Shown here piece by piece: positions 8,823 to 19,297 of a stretch of 64,000 nucleotides of DNA. This DNA is from Acidimicrobiales bacterium. GTDB taxonomy: Bacteria; Actinomycetota; Acidimicrobiia; Acidimicrobiales; SZUA-35. Location: positions 87,780-151,779 of the forward strand of contig OZ244195.1 of the NCBI GenBank assembly GCA_965216685.1. Reading direction: 5' to 3'. The position numbers were made by a program, and so were the translations under genes. How positions within the stretch are numbered: the first letter of the stretch is position 1; each line of letters begins with the position of its first letter. The notes under the pieces are model-generated. The model was given only the letters and a program-made list of their open reading frames with translations, made no database searches and was not told where the DNA came from.

Positions 8823-10784
8823 ATGCTCAAGCGTGCCGTGGCGACGATTGCCGCAGCAACCATATTCGCCACTCTGCTCATTGCCGCACCCACCGCTGCC
8901 GTCGATCCGCCAAAGGGGGGTCCTGCGGTGATTAAGGTCGGCGCCGCTTCGCGCTCGGTATTACCAACGGTCGACGGCAGCCACGACTACCTCGACGGCC
9001 TCCAACCCGACCCCGATGATCCGTTCTCGCCCGGACTCGTGGTTCCCCAGTGGGACCAGGGTCGAGTGGCCGTGGGTAACGGGGCGTCGAATGCCCGCTG
9101 GGTACATGACGACATGCGCGTCTCGGCGGTGGCGTTCGAGGAACAACAGAGCAGAGACATCACGGTCATCGTGGCGGCCAACCTCTACATGATCTTCCGT
9201 GGTGACGGCGACGAGATCCGGGCGGCTGTGGCCGATCGCCTACCGGCAGCCGTCGTTGACCGGCTCGACATCGCCATCCACGCCGACCACAACCATCACG
9301 GCCCCGATACTGCGTTCGACGTCAACCACGAGTGGTACGACCTCATGGTGCAGCAGGCCGCCGAAGCCGTCGTCGAGGCCATCGAGGAGATGCGGCCCGC
9401 TCGTCTCGAGGTGGCGGAGACGAATCACTGGTTCGGGCTGCGTGACTCCCGCGATGCCCAGGTGCTCGATCCCACACTGGGTGTGTTACGAGCGACCGCC
9501 ACCAATGGCCAAACCATCGCCACCCTCACGTTCTGGGCCAACCACCCCGAAGTCACGTTGTTCTGGAGCCCGCCCACCGAGGCGATCACCGCCGACTGTG
9601 AGGTACTCGGCCTGGAGGGCGAGAATTGTTCGGCTCGGGACGCCTATTTCACCGCCGACTTCCCGGGGTGGACGAACCGGATCATCGCCGACGAACTCGG
9701 CGGTGAGGCCCTGTTCATCAACGGTGCCGTCGGCGATCTCATTACTCCCCTCGGAGCCAATGTGTGGGAGGTCGACGCAGCGGCACCGCTCGGTGACGGG
9801 CTGACCGTTCCCGACGAGGCATCACCGCCGATCGGCGCCTCGAACTTCACCGAACGAAACTTCCGTCGAACGTACCTTGTCGGGCGCGAGCTGGCCCACG
9901 CCGCCCTCGACGCCCTCGAGTCCGCTGAGCCCATTCTCCGACCGGAGATCGAGTACGAGACAACCGACGTCTACACCCGCATGTCGAACATCGGCTTCCG
10001 GTTTCTCCTGGTCGTGGGGGACGAAACGGGCCGTACCGCGCTGGGCCACAACCCGTTCGAGCTGTACACCTGCCCGGCGACCGGAGACAAGAACGACACC
10101 ACCTGCTCGGCCGACGGATTCGCCTCACAACCTGACCCGTTGCTCGGCACGGTTCGGGTCGGCGACCACGTCAAGACCCATGTGGCGTCGATGAAGGTCG
10201 GCCCGGTCGGCATGATGTGGCTTCCGGCCGAGGTCGGTCCCGAGACCACAATCGGCCTGCCGGCCGGCTATGACGACGATCCGGGCCGCTGGCACCTCGA
10301 CGACCCGGAACTGCATGCCTTCGGCCAGGAATACGTGACATCCGGTTACGTCAAGAATTTGATGGACGACGAGTACCGTTGGGTTGTCGGTCTCGGCAAC
10401 GACGAGCTGGGCTACTCGGTGCCGCTGTCGGACTTCCGGGTGTACTGCGTCGCCGACGCCCTGGTCGGCCCAGGTACGTGTCAAGCCCTGTACGAAGCCG
10501 GGGTGATCGAGTACCCCGACGCTGTCGCCGGCAGTACCTGCAAGGCGGTGACGGAAGACCCGTCACTGCTGGCCGCCTACGGGCAATTCGCCGAAGCGGT
10601 CGCGGCGTCGTGTGCCTACGGGCAGGCGTTCGACGAGTCACTCGACCACTACGAGGAAACGAACTCGGTGGGTTGGGATCTCGAAGCCGACATCTTCGCC
10701 GGGGTGGTCGAACTCACCGGCAACGACGACCCGTCCCGCATCAACCACGACTTCGAGGGCTACTGGATGGGCTACACCCCCTGA
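8823..10784 (+). CDS. Secreted hypothetical protein, possibly a metal-dependent hydrolase (function unknown)
   Basis: Track ORF 8790..10784 is trimmed to ATG 8823, downstream of GGGGGAGG. It has a signal peptide (MLKRAVATIAAATIFATLLIAAPTAA) and a His-rich motif (IAIHADHNHHGPD). Confidence 0.6.
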   Translation: MLKRAVATIAAATIFATLLIAAPTAAVDPPKGGPAVIKVGAASRSVLPTVDGSHDYLDGLQPDPDDPFSPGLVVPQWDQGRVAVGNGASNARWVHDDMRVSAVAFEEQQSRDITVIVAANLYMIFRGDGDEIRAAVADRLPAAVVDRLDIAIHADHNHHGPDTAFDVNHEWYDLMVQQAAEAVVEAIEEMRPARLEVAETNHWFGLRDSRDAQVLDPTLGVLRATATNGQTIATLTFWANHPEVTLFWSPPTEAITADCEVLGLEGENCSARDAYFTADFPGWTNRIIADELGGEALFINGAVGDLITPLGANVWEVDAAAPLGDGLTVPDEASPPIGASNFTERNFRRTYLVGRELAHAALDALESAEPILRPEIEYETTDVYTRMSNIGFRFLLVVGDETGRTALGHNPFELYTCPATGDKNDTTCSADGFASQPDPLLGTVRVGDHVKTHVASMKVGPVGMMWLPAEVGPETTIGLPAGYDDDPGRWHLDDPELHAFGQEYVTSGYVKNLMDDEYRWVVGLGNDELGYSVPLSDFRVYCVADALVGPGTCQALYEAGVIEYPDAVAGSTCKAVTEDPSLLAAYGQFAEAVAASCAYGQAFDESLDHYEETNSVGWDLEADIFAGVVELTGNDDPSRINHDFEGYWMGYTP

Positions 10785-10898
10785 TCGACGTGATCGATAC
10801 CGGCGTGAACTTGGCACCAGGTGTTGGCATACGCAAGAGGACCGACCGATATTGGACGCACTGAAACCTCGCTCAGCTGCTAGGGTTTAAGCGGTTCT

Positions 10899-10970
10899 TG
10901 CGGACGTAGTTCAACGGCTAGAACCTCAGCCTTCCAAGCTGATGATGTGGGTTCGATTCCCATCGTCCGC
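10899..10970 (+). tRNA. tRNA-Gly (anticodon UCC)
   Basis: Hand-folded cloverleaf: acceptor GCGGACG/CGTCCGC, D arm GTTC..GAAC, anticodon arm TCAGC-CTTCCAA-GCTGA, T arm GTGGG-TTCGATT-CCCAT. CCA is not encoded. Confidence 0.85.
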
Positions 10971-11280
10971 TCAATTTTGTCCGATCGACACCAGCCGTCT
11001 CGCCGGCGTGAGCCCGGATAGATCGACGAATCATGCGAAGTCGGCCACCCGAGCCTACGTTCTCGTCGACGCAGGTGGTGCCCTGTCGGTAGCAGGCCGT
11101 TGCCCGAGCCCGGTGCCATCGCCGCGGATCGCTACCCGGAGTTCGCGATCCTCCTCGCTGGCTTCGACCGCCACCCACCTGGAGGGTCCTTCGGCCCTGT
11201 TGGTTGGTCGCCGTCGGATCCACAATGGCACCATCAGCGCCCTCGGAGGGCGTGAAGAACACCACGAAAGCGAGCCGGCA

Positions 11281-12102
11281 ATGACCTTCACCCGGACGCA
11301 CCCAGACGCCGACGCAGAAGCGCCGCACCTCAAGCCGCTGCCGTTCCTGCCAGCACTCGCAGTCTTCCTGGCGATCGGCTTCTGGAATCGCGTGTGCATT
11401 TACCACATGACGCCATACCTCGAAGACCGCGGAATGCACCAGTTCAGTGCGTATCTGGCCGGCTTCATACTCGGACTTGCCCCACTTCTACCCGTCGCCC
11501 TCGTGATGCTCAGACAAGAAGGCAACGACATGGCGAGGGTCCGGCTATCAAACCGTCTCGGACTTCGGGGCTTCGGGTGGCGCATGTTCGTCCTGATGCT
11601 GTTCCTCACGTTCGTGGCGTTCGCCACAACGCTGCTGACCAGCCCGACTCAGTCCTGGATCACGGATCTGTCATCGTGGTTCCAGCCGGGCGACGTCTTC
11701 CACCCACTCCAGGATCCGACCACCTCGTTTGACTCCCTCATCGAGCCGTCGGTGGCCTGGATGGGTGCCGACGCAGCTGGCAGCTGGACCTGGGGGCTCG
11801 CAATCGTGGCGATGTTCCTCCTCAACATCGTGGGCGAGGAAGTGTTGTGGCGTGGTGTGATCTGGCCACGGCAACAACTCGTGCACGGTGAGCGCACCTG
11901 GCTCGTCCATGGCTTCATGTGGTACCTCTTCCACCTGCCGTTCTACCCGTGGTTTGTGATCTCCGGCCTGCCACAGGCCTTCATACTCTCGTATCTCTTC
12001 CAGAAGTCCAAGAACACCTGGCTGGTGCTCATCATGCACACCATCTTCAACTCGGTGTTCTACGTCATATTGCTGGGAATCGTTCTCGGATTCTTCAACT
12101 AG
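11281..12102 (+). CDS. CPBP family intramembrane glutamic endopeptidase (CAAX protease/Abi family)
   Basis: Track ORF 10942..12102 overlaps the tRNA, so it is trimmed to ATG 11281. The protein is polytopic with the motifs EEVLWRG, FHLP and MHTIFN. Confidence 0.7.
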   Translation: MTFTRTHPDADAEAPHLKPLPFLPALAVFLAIGFWNRVCIYHMTPYLEDRGMHQFSAYLAGFILGLAPLLPVALVMLRQEGNDMARVRLSNRLGLRGFGWRMFVLMLFLTFVAFATTLLTSPTQSWITDLSSWFQPGDVFHPLQDPTTSFDSLIEPSVAWMGADAAGSWTWGLAIVAMFLLNIVGEEVLWRGVIWPRQQLVHGERTWLVHGFMWYLFHLPFYPWFVISGLPQAFILSYLFQKSKNTWLVLIMHTIFNSVFYVILLGIVLGFFN

Positions 12103-12183
12103 CCACCCGTCAGCAGTGCTGCGCTCATCGATCGCACAGACATTGAGATTCATCAATGCGTGATGGAAGCAAAGGAGTAGGTA

Positions 12184-12972
12184 ATGAATACATACAGAAA
12201 AACTGCGATTGCGGTGGGCGTCTTGTTCATCGGCGCGATCGTGATGCTGTTTATCGGGGAGTCTATCTACAGAGATACTTTGGATAGCCCGGACTTTCTG
12301 GAAAACGCCCACCCGGACAGAGGTATGGTTGTCCTCGGAATACTGCTGGAGTATGCGGGTGCTCCGGCTGTGGTCGCCATTTCGCTGCTGCTGTTTCCCG
12401 TACTCAAGCAGCACAGTGAAGTCTTGGCCATGGGGTACGTTGGCTTCAGACTCATGGAGATGTCCATCTTGAGTGTTGCCTATGTCAGCAGACTTTCACT
12501 GATCAGTTTGAGCGAGGACTACTTGAGTACAGATGGTGCCGATGTTTCTTCCTATCAGGTACTGGGGAGATCAATAGAATCAGTAAATCAATGGGCTGGA
12601 ACCCAAGGAATGGTGTATATCATCATATTCGGTTTGGGGTCCTTGGTTTTGTATTCTGCCCTGTTCATGTCAGAACTGGTTCCTCGTTGGATATCTGCAT
12701 CGGGTCTGTTCGCTGCAGTGGTCTTGATGATCGGATCGATCCTCTGGGAGGTAGATGTTCTCGGAGATTTGTCTGGAGTCTGGTTGGAAGTGATCGTTGC
12801 TTCTCCTATTGCCATCGTTGAGGTAGCGCTCTCGATGTGGCTCATCATCAAGGGGTTCAATCAATCAGCATTGAATCCACCGTCATTCGACGGACATCAA
12901 CAACGTCCGATCGAGTGGCGGGACGAGATCGGTGACGGACGACCGGTTATTGGCAGCCGCAACGGAGGTTGA
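12184..12972 (+). CDS. DUF4386-like integral membrane protein
   Basis: 262-aa hydrophobic ORF in a visibly lower-GC stretch. It is a paralogue of 16076..16795, with a shared N-terminal KxAxxxGxLF pattern and a shared WL(I)(I/V)KGF C-terminal motif. Confidence 0.6.
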   Translation: MNTYRKTAIAVGVLFIGAIVMLFIGESIYRDTLDSPDFLENAHPDRGMVVLGILLEYAGAPAVVAISLLLFPVLKQHSEVLAMGYVGFRLMEMSILSVAYVSRLSLISLSEDYLSTDGADVSSYQVLGRSIESVNQWAGTQGMVYIIIFGLGSLVLYSALFMSELVPRWISASGLFAAVVLMIGSILWEVDVLGDLSGVWLEVIVASPIAIVEVALSMWLIIKGFNQSALNPPSFDGHQQRPIEWRDEIGDGRPVIGSRNGG

Positions 12973-13507
12973 TGCCGCGAGGCGATCCGGCGATGGTTTG
13001 CCCGCGGCGAACCAGCGCACCGGTACGTCCTGTTGCCGGCATGGTCGCTTACGGGTTCGCCGCCAGAGCCTCGTCGGCTGTGTCGCGCGGACGTGAGGGT
13101 CGCGCTCACAGCTGTCGCCAGCTTGGTTGTCGGCGTATTCACCCCAGCCACCGACCGCCTGACTTGAAGGCGATGCCTGATCGCCGTTGGTTCCAGTCGG
13201 TGGCCAACTCGGCGGCTGATCAGTTGGCCCACAATTCCGCCGAGGCCTTGATCACGAACGGCCCGGTGTTGAGGTAGGAGGAGGGAAGGAAGATGCTGGT
13301 GGCACCGGAGCAGAACGGCGCGCCGAATCGAGAGGCGCTCCTTTGACTTCAGAGCGCGGCCTCAAGTGGAACGGTCTGCTCGAGGAGAACGGTGGCGAAC
13401 GGGCCTTCGGGCGACTGTGGTGGTGGGATCGCCTCACCGACGTCATCGATGGCTTCATACCGGGGGGTATCGTCGACTGAGTGCTCCAGAAAAGGCGGCC
13501 TCGCAGT

Positions 13508-14095
13508 TCAGCTCCCTGCTGGGATCCTTCCCTGAGGTCGCCCTCGGATAATCCAGAGCAACAGCATCACGATCAGAAGAACGACGCCGATGGGCATCAA
13601 GCCGAACTTGATCCTGGTCAGCGCCGAGGCAGTGGTTGTCAGCCAGTCAATACGCGTGGGATACGACGAGTTGGCTATCACCAGGCTCAGGTTCTCGAGG
13701 ACATCGGCCACCCCGGAGATCAGGGGCGTCAGGCTGAGCCACTGCAAGGGGTGGTCCAGCGGCAGCAGACGCACCAGGAACCAGGCGCTGGTACTGGCAA
13801 ATGCCAGCGTGTAGCAGATCGGAAACAACATGTCCGGCATCAGATGGAGCATGAGGTAGGCGCGGCGGCCGTCAGTCCCGAGGGCCCCAAACAGGCGGTT
13901 GGCTTCGTCCGGTCCATAGGAGAAGCGCATGTCGAGAATGGGCAATCCTCCTGAGTGGTCCTCGATCGTTCGAGCGCTGAACGGCAGATCGGTGCCGTTC
14001 ATGATGAGCATGAGCACACCGGCGGCAGACAGCAGTCCCAGGATCACCGGCCAGCTCGCCCTGTTCTGTAGGCAGGCCACGAGTCTCCTGAGCAT
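13508..14095 (-). CDS. Hypothetical integral membrane protein
   Basis: Track ORF 13508..14251 is trimmed to ATG 14095 (MLRRLVACLQ...). It has several hydrophobic segments and lies 55 nt downstream of the oxidoreductase stop on the same strand. Confidence 0.5.
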   Translation of the reverse strand: MLRRLVACLQNRASWPVILGLLSAAGVLMLIMNGTDLPFSARTIEDHSGGLPILDMRFSYGPDEANRLFGALGTDGRRAYLMLHLMPDMLFPICYTLAFASTSAWFLVRLLPLDHPLQWLSLTPLISGVADVLENLSLVIANSSYPTRIDWLTTTASALTRIKFGLMPIGVVLLIVMLLLWIIRGRPQGRIPAGS

Positions 14096-14150
14096 CAGAG
14101 GCCGCCCAACAGGCCCGTTCCACCGACGACCAGGATCCGATTGACGACGG

Positions 14151-15689
14151 TCACGCCTGAGCCCAGGACCTCGCCACTTCGGTGAAGGCCGCCCTGCCCC
14201 CGCTGAGCGCCCCGGCGAACCCGCCGCCGGGGCTGCCCCAAGCGCCTGCAAGGTAGAGCCCTTTGACCGGCGTCTCGTTTGGGATTCTCGTCAAGTAGGC
14301 GTTGTCCATCGACTGTTCGAATCCGTAGATGGCGCCTTCCGTGTTGCCCGTGAATGCCCAATTGGTGAGAGGTGAGGCCGTCAACTTGGACTCGATCACG
14401 GACGAGAGGCCAGGAATGACCAGCTCCTCGGCCCGCCGGATCAGACTCTCGGCCCAGCGTTCCTTCTCCTCGTTGTAGGCCGCCCGGTCGCCGGCGACGT
14501 AGCCATCCTCGAACTGCCGCCAGGGTTCGAAGCCGCTCTGGCAGAAGAGCATCACGGTTGAGGTGCCAGGCTGCGAATATCCCTCGAAGGCATTGTCGTA
14601 GACGGTCACGGTGAACCCATTGTGTTCGACGTCCCCGCTCAGGCAGGCGGCGTATTCGGCCTCCGGCCCGGCGCCGGTGGTCACGTGCGTGCTGTATCCC
14701 TCGACCCTGCCCCCCAGTTCGGTGTCGAGACCGAGCCATACGATGAAGCTGGAGATGCTCGGCCGCTGGTTGGAGATGCGCTCGAGATACTCGGGCGGCA
14801 GGGTCCCGCCGGGAAGCATCTTGGTCAACGTTGTGATGGCACTGGCGTTGCTGACGACGGTGGTCGCCGGGAGAACGCTGCCGTCGGCCAGTCGGACACC
14901 AGTCACCGCTCGGTCGGTGATCAGTATCTCTTCCGCCCTCGATCCGTAGGAAATCTGCCCGCCGGAGGCCTCGACGACCTCGGCGAGCGCATCGCTGAGC
15001 GCCCGAGACCGGGGTTTGATGTAGAACGACCCGTTCTTGAGGTAGTTGCCGGCACTGCCGGCATACACGAACGCCGAGAGCTGCGACGGAGGGAGACCAA
15101 AGTAGCACCACAGACCACTCAGAGCCTCCGCCAGCGCCGGGTCGGTGACGTACTCGCCCAGAAGATCTGCGAGCGTCTTGTTCCGGATCTCCCACATCGT
15201 CGGGAACTCCACGGGAAACCGGCCGAGGTCGACGTGTCCCTTTGCGTGCAACCGACTGAATCGCTCGCCCTCGTCGGTGACGTCGACCATGTGGTGGACG
15301 AATCGGCGGATCCCGTCGGCTTCATCGGGGAAGCACTTGGCCAGCGTGTCAATGTAGGCGTCGGGATCTCGTTGAGGAACTGAGATGTCCAGATCAGGGG
15401 TCTTCAGGCGGTAAACCTCGGGGAGCTCGACCAATTCGATCTTGTCGAGCACACCGAGGTCGTCGAGGATCCAGGCCGCGATGTTGTTGTTGATGGACGT
15501 GCCGTGCAGGGATATCTCGAAATCGAACCGCCCGTCCTCTCGCACGAACGACCGGGCGTACCCACCCGGCTCGACGCCCTGTTCCACGATCGTGACAGGC
15601 ACACCGTGCTTGGCCAGAAACGCCGCGCAACTCAATCCTCCAAGACCCGCTCCAATGACCACAACCGGATGGTCCTGGTCGGTACTCAT
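14151..15689 (-). CDS. NAD(P)/FAD-dependent oxidoreductase, phytoene desaturase (CrtI)-like family
   Basis: 512-aa ORF with an N-terminal Rossmann motif (VVVIGAGLGGLSCAAFLAKHG...VEQ). Confidence 0.75.
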   Translation of the reverse strand: MSTDQDHPVVVIGAGLGGLSCAAFLAKHGVPVTIVEQGVEPGGYARSFVREDGRFDFEISLHGTSINNNIAAWILDDLGVLDKIELVELPEVYRLKTPDLDISVPQRDPDAYIDTLAKCFPDEADGIRRFVHHMVDVTDEGERFSRLHAKGHVDLGRFPVEFPTMWEIRNKTLADLLGEYVTDPALAEALSGLWCYFGLPPSQLSAFVYAGSAGNYLKNGSFYIKPRSRALSDALAEVVEASGGQISYGSRAEEILITDRAVTGVRLADGSVLPATTVVSNASAITTLTKMLPGGTLPPEYLERISNQRPSISSFIVWLGLDTELGGRVEGYSTHVTTGAGPEAEYAACLSGDVEHNGFTVTVYDNAFEGYSQPGTSTVMLFCQSGFEPWRQFEDGYVAGDRAAYNEEKERWAESLIRRAEELVIPGLSSVIESKLTASPLTNWAFTGNTEGAIYGFEQSMDNAYLTRIPNETPVKGLYLAGAWGSPGGGFAGALSGGRAAFTEVARSWAQA

Positions 15690-16075
15690 GACGCCACGCT
15701 CCTCAAATTGCCTCGCCGATCAGGTCGGCAACGACCCTCGATGGGCCGCTCATCAAGTATCCAACGCAGGGGGCTTGAGGAGGTAGGGGCCAAGGTCACG
15801 CCTCGGTGAGCACATTGTCAGTCATTGGATCCTCGAAGTTCTGCGCGGTCTCCTGGGGGAGCCGGCCGGCCTGTCGCGGCGGCGTCAAGTCCCTCGTCAC
15901 CGCCGGGGCATTCGTCGCCCGGCGACGAGGCATTGCGTAGTCGCCTGAGCTTTCGCTGCTTCACCTTCGACCTGGCCGGGCAGTCTGGGAAAGCCCGTGT
16001 GGTGACCTTGGCCTCTGTCTGCATAGACGCCTTTGTGGGACGATGAGAGCCTCGGTTGAGGCACGGAGGTCTGCC

Positions 16076-16795
16076 ATGAGGTACTTCCAGAAACCAGCGC
16101 AGCAGATCGGCTGGTTGTTCGTGGCGGCGACCGTTGCCGGTGTCCTGAGTGTCCTCGTGATGAGCCCGACTCTCGGCGACGACGATCTGCTCGCCGCGGT
16201 ACAGGAGAATCAAAGCTCGTTGCTGGTCGGTGAGATGCTCATCTTCGTCATGTTGGCGGCGATGGTCGGAACCGCCGTTCTACTCTGGCCGATACTCAGA
16301 GCTCGCAGCGAGACGATCGCCCTCGGGTATGTGCTGGCCAGGACGCTCGAGGTGGTGACGATCGCCATCGGGTTGGTGGCTGGTCTGTTGTTGGTGCCAC
16401 TGGCGTGGAGCACTGCCGACGGGGCCCAGCCGGCCGGCGCGGACGTGTTGGCCGAAACGCTGAAGCACGCAAGTGACTGGACCGGCTACCTCGGAGCCCA
16501 GATGGTCTTCAGCCTTTCAGCGTTGGTGCTGAACTGGGCGTTTCTCCGATACAGGCTTCTCCCCCGCTGGCTGTCGATATGGGGCCTGGTCGGAGTGCCT
16601 CTGATGTTCTTGTCGGGTTTCCTGGTGATGTTCGAGTCGCTCAACTCCAGCGCGTCGACCCTGAATCTGCTGGTCGTGCCGCTTGCCGTTCAGGAGATGG
16701 CGATGGCCGTCTGGTTGATCGTCAAGGGGTTCAGCGGTGTCATCGAACCCGAGTCGGAGTCAGTCGGTGGCCGGCCACTGAGAGCCGACCGCTAA
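16076..16795 (+). CDS. DUF4386-like integral membrane protein (second copy)
   Basis: Track ORF 16043..16795 is trimmed to ATG 16076, downstream of GGAGG. It is similar to 12184..12972. Confidence 0.6.
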   Translation: MRYFQKPAQQIGWLFVAATVAGVLSVLVMSPTLGDDDLLAAVQENQSSLLVGEMLIFVMLAAMVGTAVLLWPILRARSETIALGYVLARTLEVVTIAIGLVAGLLLVPLAWSTADGAQPAGADVLAETLKHASDWTGYLGAQMVFSLSALVLNWAFLRYRLLPRWLSIWGLVGVPLMFLSGFLVMFESLNSSASTLNLLVVPLAVQEMAMAVWLIVKGFSGVIEPESESVGGRPLRADR

Positions 16796-17080
16796 CTCAG
16801 CCTGGCCCCGAGGAACGATGCCTGAATCCACAGCCAAACCGAAAGTAGGCAGTGACGCGGGGGAGTTGGGAGGCGCCCGAATGGCGGCAACGATGGCCGA
16901 CATCGCCGACGGCGAGTCGATGCTACGAGCCGCGACAAGTCGGGGTGGACGTCCCTCTGTGGGCTTCATTCCCAATCTCCCCTTCGAGCTCGGTGCCGGG
17001 CTCTGGCTCTCTTTCGAGTTCACACGAAGTGAATCGGAGGACTTCACCCGACTCCTCGAGTGGCAGGAGGTTTGGGCGCC

Positions 17081-17818
17081 ATGAACGTGATCTGGGGCAT
17101 CGTCATCGTGATCTTGTCGCTACTGGCCTGGGGTGGCCAGACGCCGGCGTGGTTTGCTCCTTCCACTGCTGTGCGCTGGCAGTTGATGGAGGCCGAAGGC
17201 GATGTTGAGCCCACCTTCTGGGCCGACATCCGGGCCGAGGCATTCTGGGATGCCATGACCCTGTGGGTGATGGTGGCTGCCGGCGTGTTGTTGATCGTTG
17301 ATGCGGCGGCATGGCCTTACCTCGGTCTCGTCGGTGCAGGAATGTACCTCTACTTCGGTGGCCGTGGGATCAGCGCCCGCGTCTCTCGACTGGATACCCG
17401 GCCACCCGGCCGCAGCGGCTGGAACGTCTGGCGGGCCGTGATCGGGGTGGCCTACCTGGCGGCCGCTGGATTCAACGCCGTCTACACGTTGCCCCGCGCC
17501 GACCAACTCGACGGCTACGCCGACGGTGCCTGGTTCGGGTTCCTCAGCGACTTCATGCGTGACGTGTTCATGCCCAACGGAACAGTATTCATGACTGCCG
17601 TCATCATCTTCGAGGTTGGCGTGGGAGCCCTCGTGCTCCACCGAGACCGCTACGTCGACATCGGAGTGGCGGCATCGGTCCTCTGGGTCTTGGCCGTTCT
17701 GCCGTTCCTGGCCTGGCCCTACCTCATCACCAACCTCGTCCTCGTTCCGATCCAGGGAATCCTGCTCCTACGCCGCTACGAGCACCCACTCTGGCGACGA
17801 GTACGGGAGGAGGCGTGA
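17081..17818 (+). CDS. Hypothetical integral membrane protein
   Basis: Track ORF 17060..17818. ATG 17081, downstream of GGCAGGAGG, is preferred as the start. The protein has multiple transmembrane segments. Confidence 0.5.
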   Translation: MNVIWGIVIVILSLLAWGGQTPAWFAPSTAVRWQLMEAEGDVEPTFWADIRAEAFWDAMTLWVMVAAGVLLIVDAAAWPYLGLVGAGMYLYFGGRGISARVSRLDTRPPGRSGWNVWRAVIGVAYLAAAGFNAVYTLPRADQLDGYADGAWFGFLSDFMRDVFMPNGTVFMTAVIIFEVGVGALVLHRDRYVDIGVAASVLWVLAVLPFLAWPYLITNLVLVPIQGILLLRRYEHPLWRRVREEA

Positions 17819-17835
17819 CCGGCACCACCCTCGAA

Positions 17836-18228
17836 TCAGGGAGAACCCGTCGGATCCCGGGCCAGGAGGATGACCGTCGCCCTGGCCACCGGACGGTCAC
17901 CGGTCGAAATCCGACAGGAGGCGAAGACCATCGTCTTGGTGCTGCGATCGACGGTCACCTCGAGCCGGAGTCGGTCGTCCCGGCGGGCCGGGCCGAGATA
18001 GTCGGTGTTGGTGGTCACCGTGACCAACCGACGGCCGTCGTCGAGCAGGCGTTTGACTCCCTGTCCGGTGGCGATATCGATGAGGGCGGCCAGGTAGCCG
18101 CCGTGGGCCAGGCCCATGGTGTTGACACAGTCGTCCCGAACCACCGTCTCGAACACCGGTGAAGGATCCCAGGCGACCTCGATGGGTCCGATGAGTGACG
18201 AGAAAGGACTACGATCGAGATTCTCCAC
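17836..18228 (-). CDS. PaaI-family hotdog-fold thioesterase
   Basis: 130-aa ORF with the motif NTMGLAHGGYLAALIDIATG, typical of PaaI/YbgC-like thioesterases. Confidence 0.7.
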   Translation of the reverse strand: MENLDRSPFSSLIGPIEVAWDPSPVFETVVRDDCVNTMGLAHGGYLAALIDIATGQGVKRLLDDGRRLVTVTTNTDYLGPARRDDRLRLEVTVDRSTKTMVFASCRISTGDRPVARATVILLARDPTGSP

Positions 18229-18262
18229 CCGCCAATGGTGGCAGAGATCGGACTGTTAACCG

Positions 18263-18526
18263 ATGCTGTACATGGTCATCGAAACCTATCTGCACGGCCC
18301 CGAGCCGGTGTACCAACGGTTCACGGAACGGGGCCGCATGCTGCCCGACGGTCTCCAATACCTCCGGAGCTGGGTCACGGCCGACGGCATGGAGCGCTGC
18401 TACCAGCTGATGGAGACCGACGACCCGTCGCTGTTCGATGCCTGGACGAGCCAGTGGAGCGACCTCGTCGCCTTCGAGATCGAAGAGGTCATGGTGTCTC
18501 CAACGGCGGAAACCAATCCCGACTGA
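18263..18526 (+). CDS. DUF3303 family small protein
   Basis: 87-aa ORF. MLYMVIETY...LPDGLQYLRSWV fits DUF3303. Confidence 0.55.
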   Translation: MLYMVIETYLHGPEPVYQRFTERGRMLPDGLQYLRSWVTADGMERCYQLMETDDPSLFDAWTSQWSDLVAFEIEEVMVSPTAETNPD

Positions 18527-18546
18527 GGCCGGGGTCAGAGTCAGGG

Positions 18547-19287
18547 TCAGGGTTTCCAGGAACGGCCATCCAGCAGGTCGTCGAGCGATCTGACGGTGGC
18601 GGGGCCGGCACCGCCGCGGCCGCCGCCCATGGCCATCAGCAAGAGGGCGGTCCCGTAGGCGTCGGACAGGGCGTGGTGGGAACCCACCGTCGGGAGGCCA
18701 TAGCGGTCGAGTAGCGAGTACAAACGGACACTGTGGGCCGGCTCGGCGTGCAGGAGCCGGCGCGACCGGTCGACGTGCCACTGCATCGTGTCGATCAGCT
18801 GCCAGGGCCAGAATCCGACACCCCATCGATGACCGGTGACCTTGGCCAGGTAGCCCAGCTCGATCTGGGCGAAATGACAGACCAGGATCCGGCCGCACAG
18901 GTCGCCGATCAGGGCGTCGACCACCACCCCGGGGTCGTCTCCCCCACTGACCTCGGTGTCGGTCAAATGGTGAACCACCGCCGATTGACCGACTTCGACC
19001 GATGACGGGGGACGGATGAGGTGGTGGCGGGCCGAGCCGGCCTGCACCACGCCGTCGTCGACACACAGCCAACCCATCGACAGCAGATGACCGACCTCGG
19101 GGTCGACGGCAGTGGCCTCCACGTCGAGTACCAGGTAGGAGGCATCGGACCACGGCGCCGCCCGGTCGAAAACCACCGGGTTGCGGTAGTAGCGGGCCAG
19201 CGCCTCGCCGCCGCCCCCCGGCGCCGACCGGGCCGCCACGAACTCGGCCACCGCCCGGCGGCGGCCCCTATGGCGCATACCGACCAT
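18547..19287 (-). CDS. DEDD-type 3'-5' exonuclease (DnaQ/epsilon-like)
   Basis: 246-aa ORF with ExoI (LVLDVEAT) and later H..D motifs (HHALSDAYG). It lies 10 nt downstream of the DUF294 gene. Confidence 0.7.
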   Translation of the reverse strand: MVGMRHRGRRRAVAEFVAARSAPGGGGEALARYYRNPVVFDRAAPWSDASYLVLDVEATAVDPEVGHLLSMGWLCVDDGVVQAGSARHHLIRPPSSVEVGQSAVVHHLTDTEVSGGDDPGVVVDALIGDLCGRILVCHFAQIELGYLAKVTGHRWGVGFWPWQLIDTMQWHVDRSRRLLHAEPAHSVRLYSLLDRYGLPTVGSHHALSDAYGTALLLMAMGGGRGGAGPATVRSLDDLLDGRSWKP

Positions 19288-19297
19288 CTCGCCTTGT

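Noticed and set aside
13300-13480. Short coding-like stretch (..LKWNGLLEENGGERAFGRLWWWDRLTDVIDGFIPGGIVD*) in the gene-poor gap of the low-GC islet
   Set aside because: It has no start codon giving more than about 45 aa and no recognisable family. It may be a gene remnant, but that cannot be supported from sequence alone.
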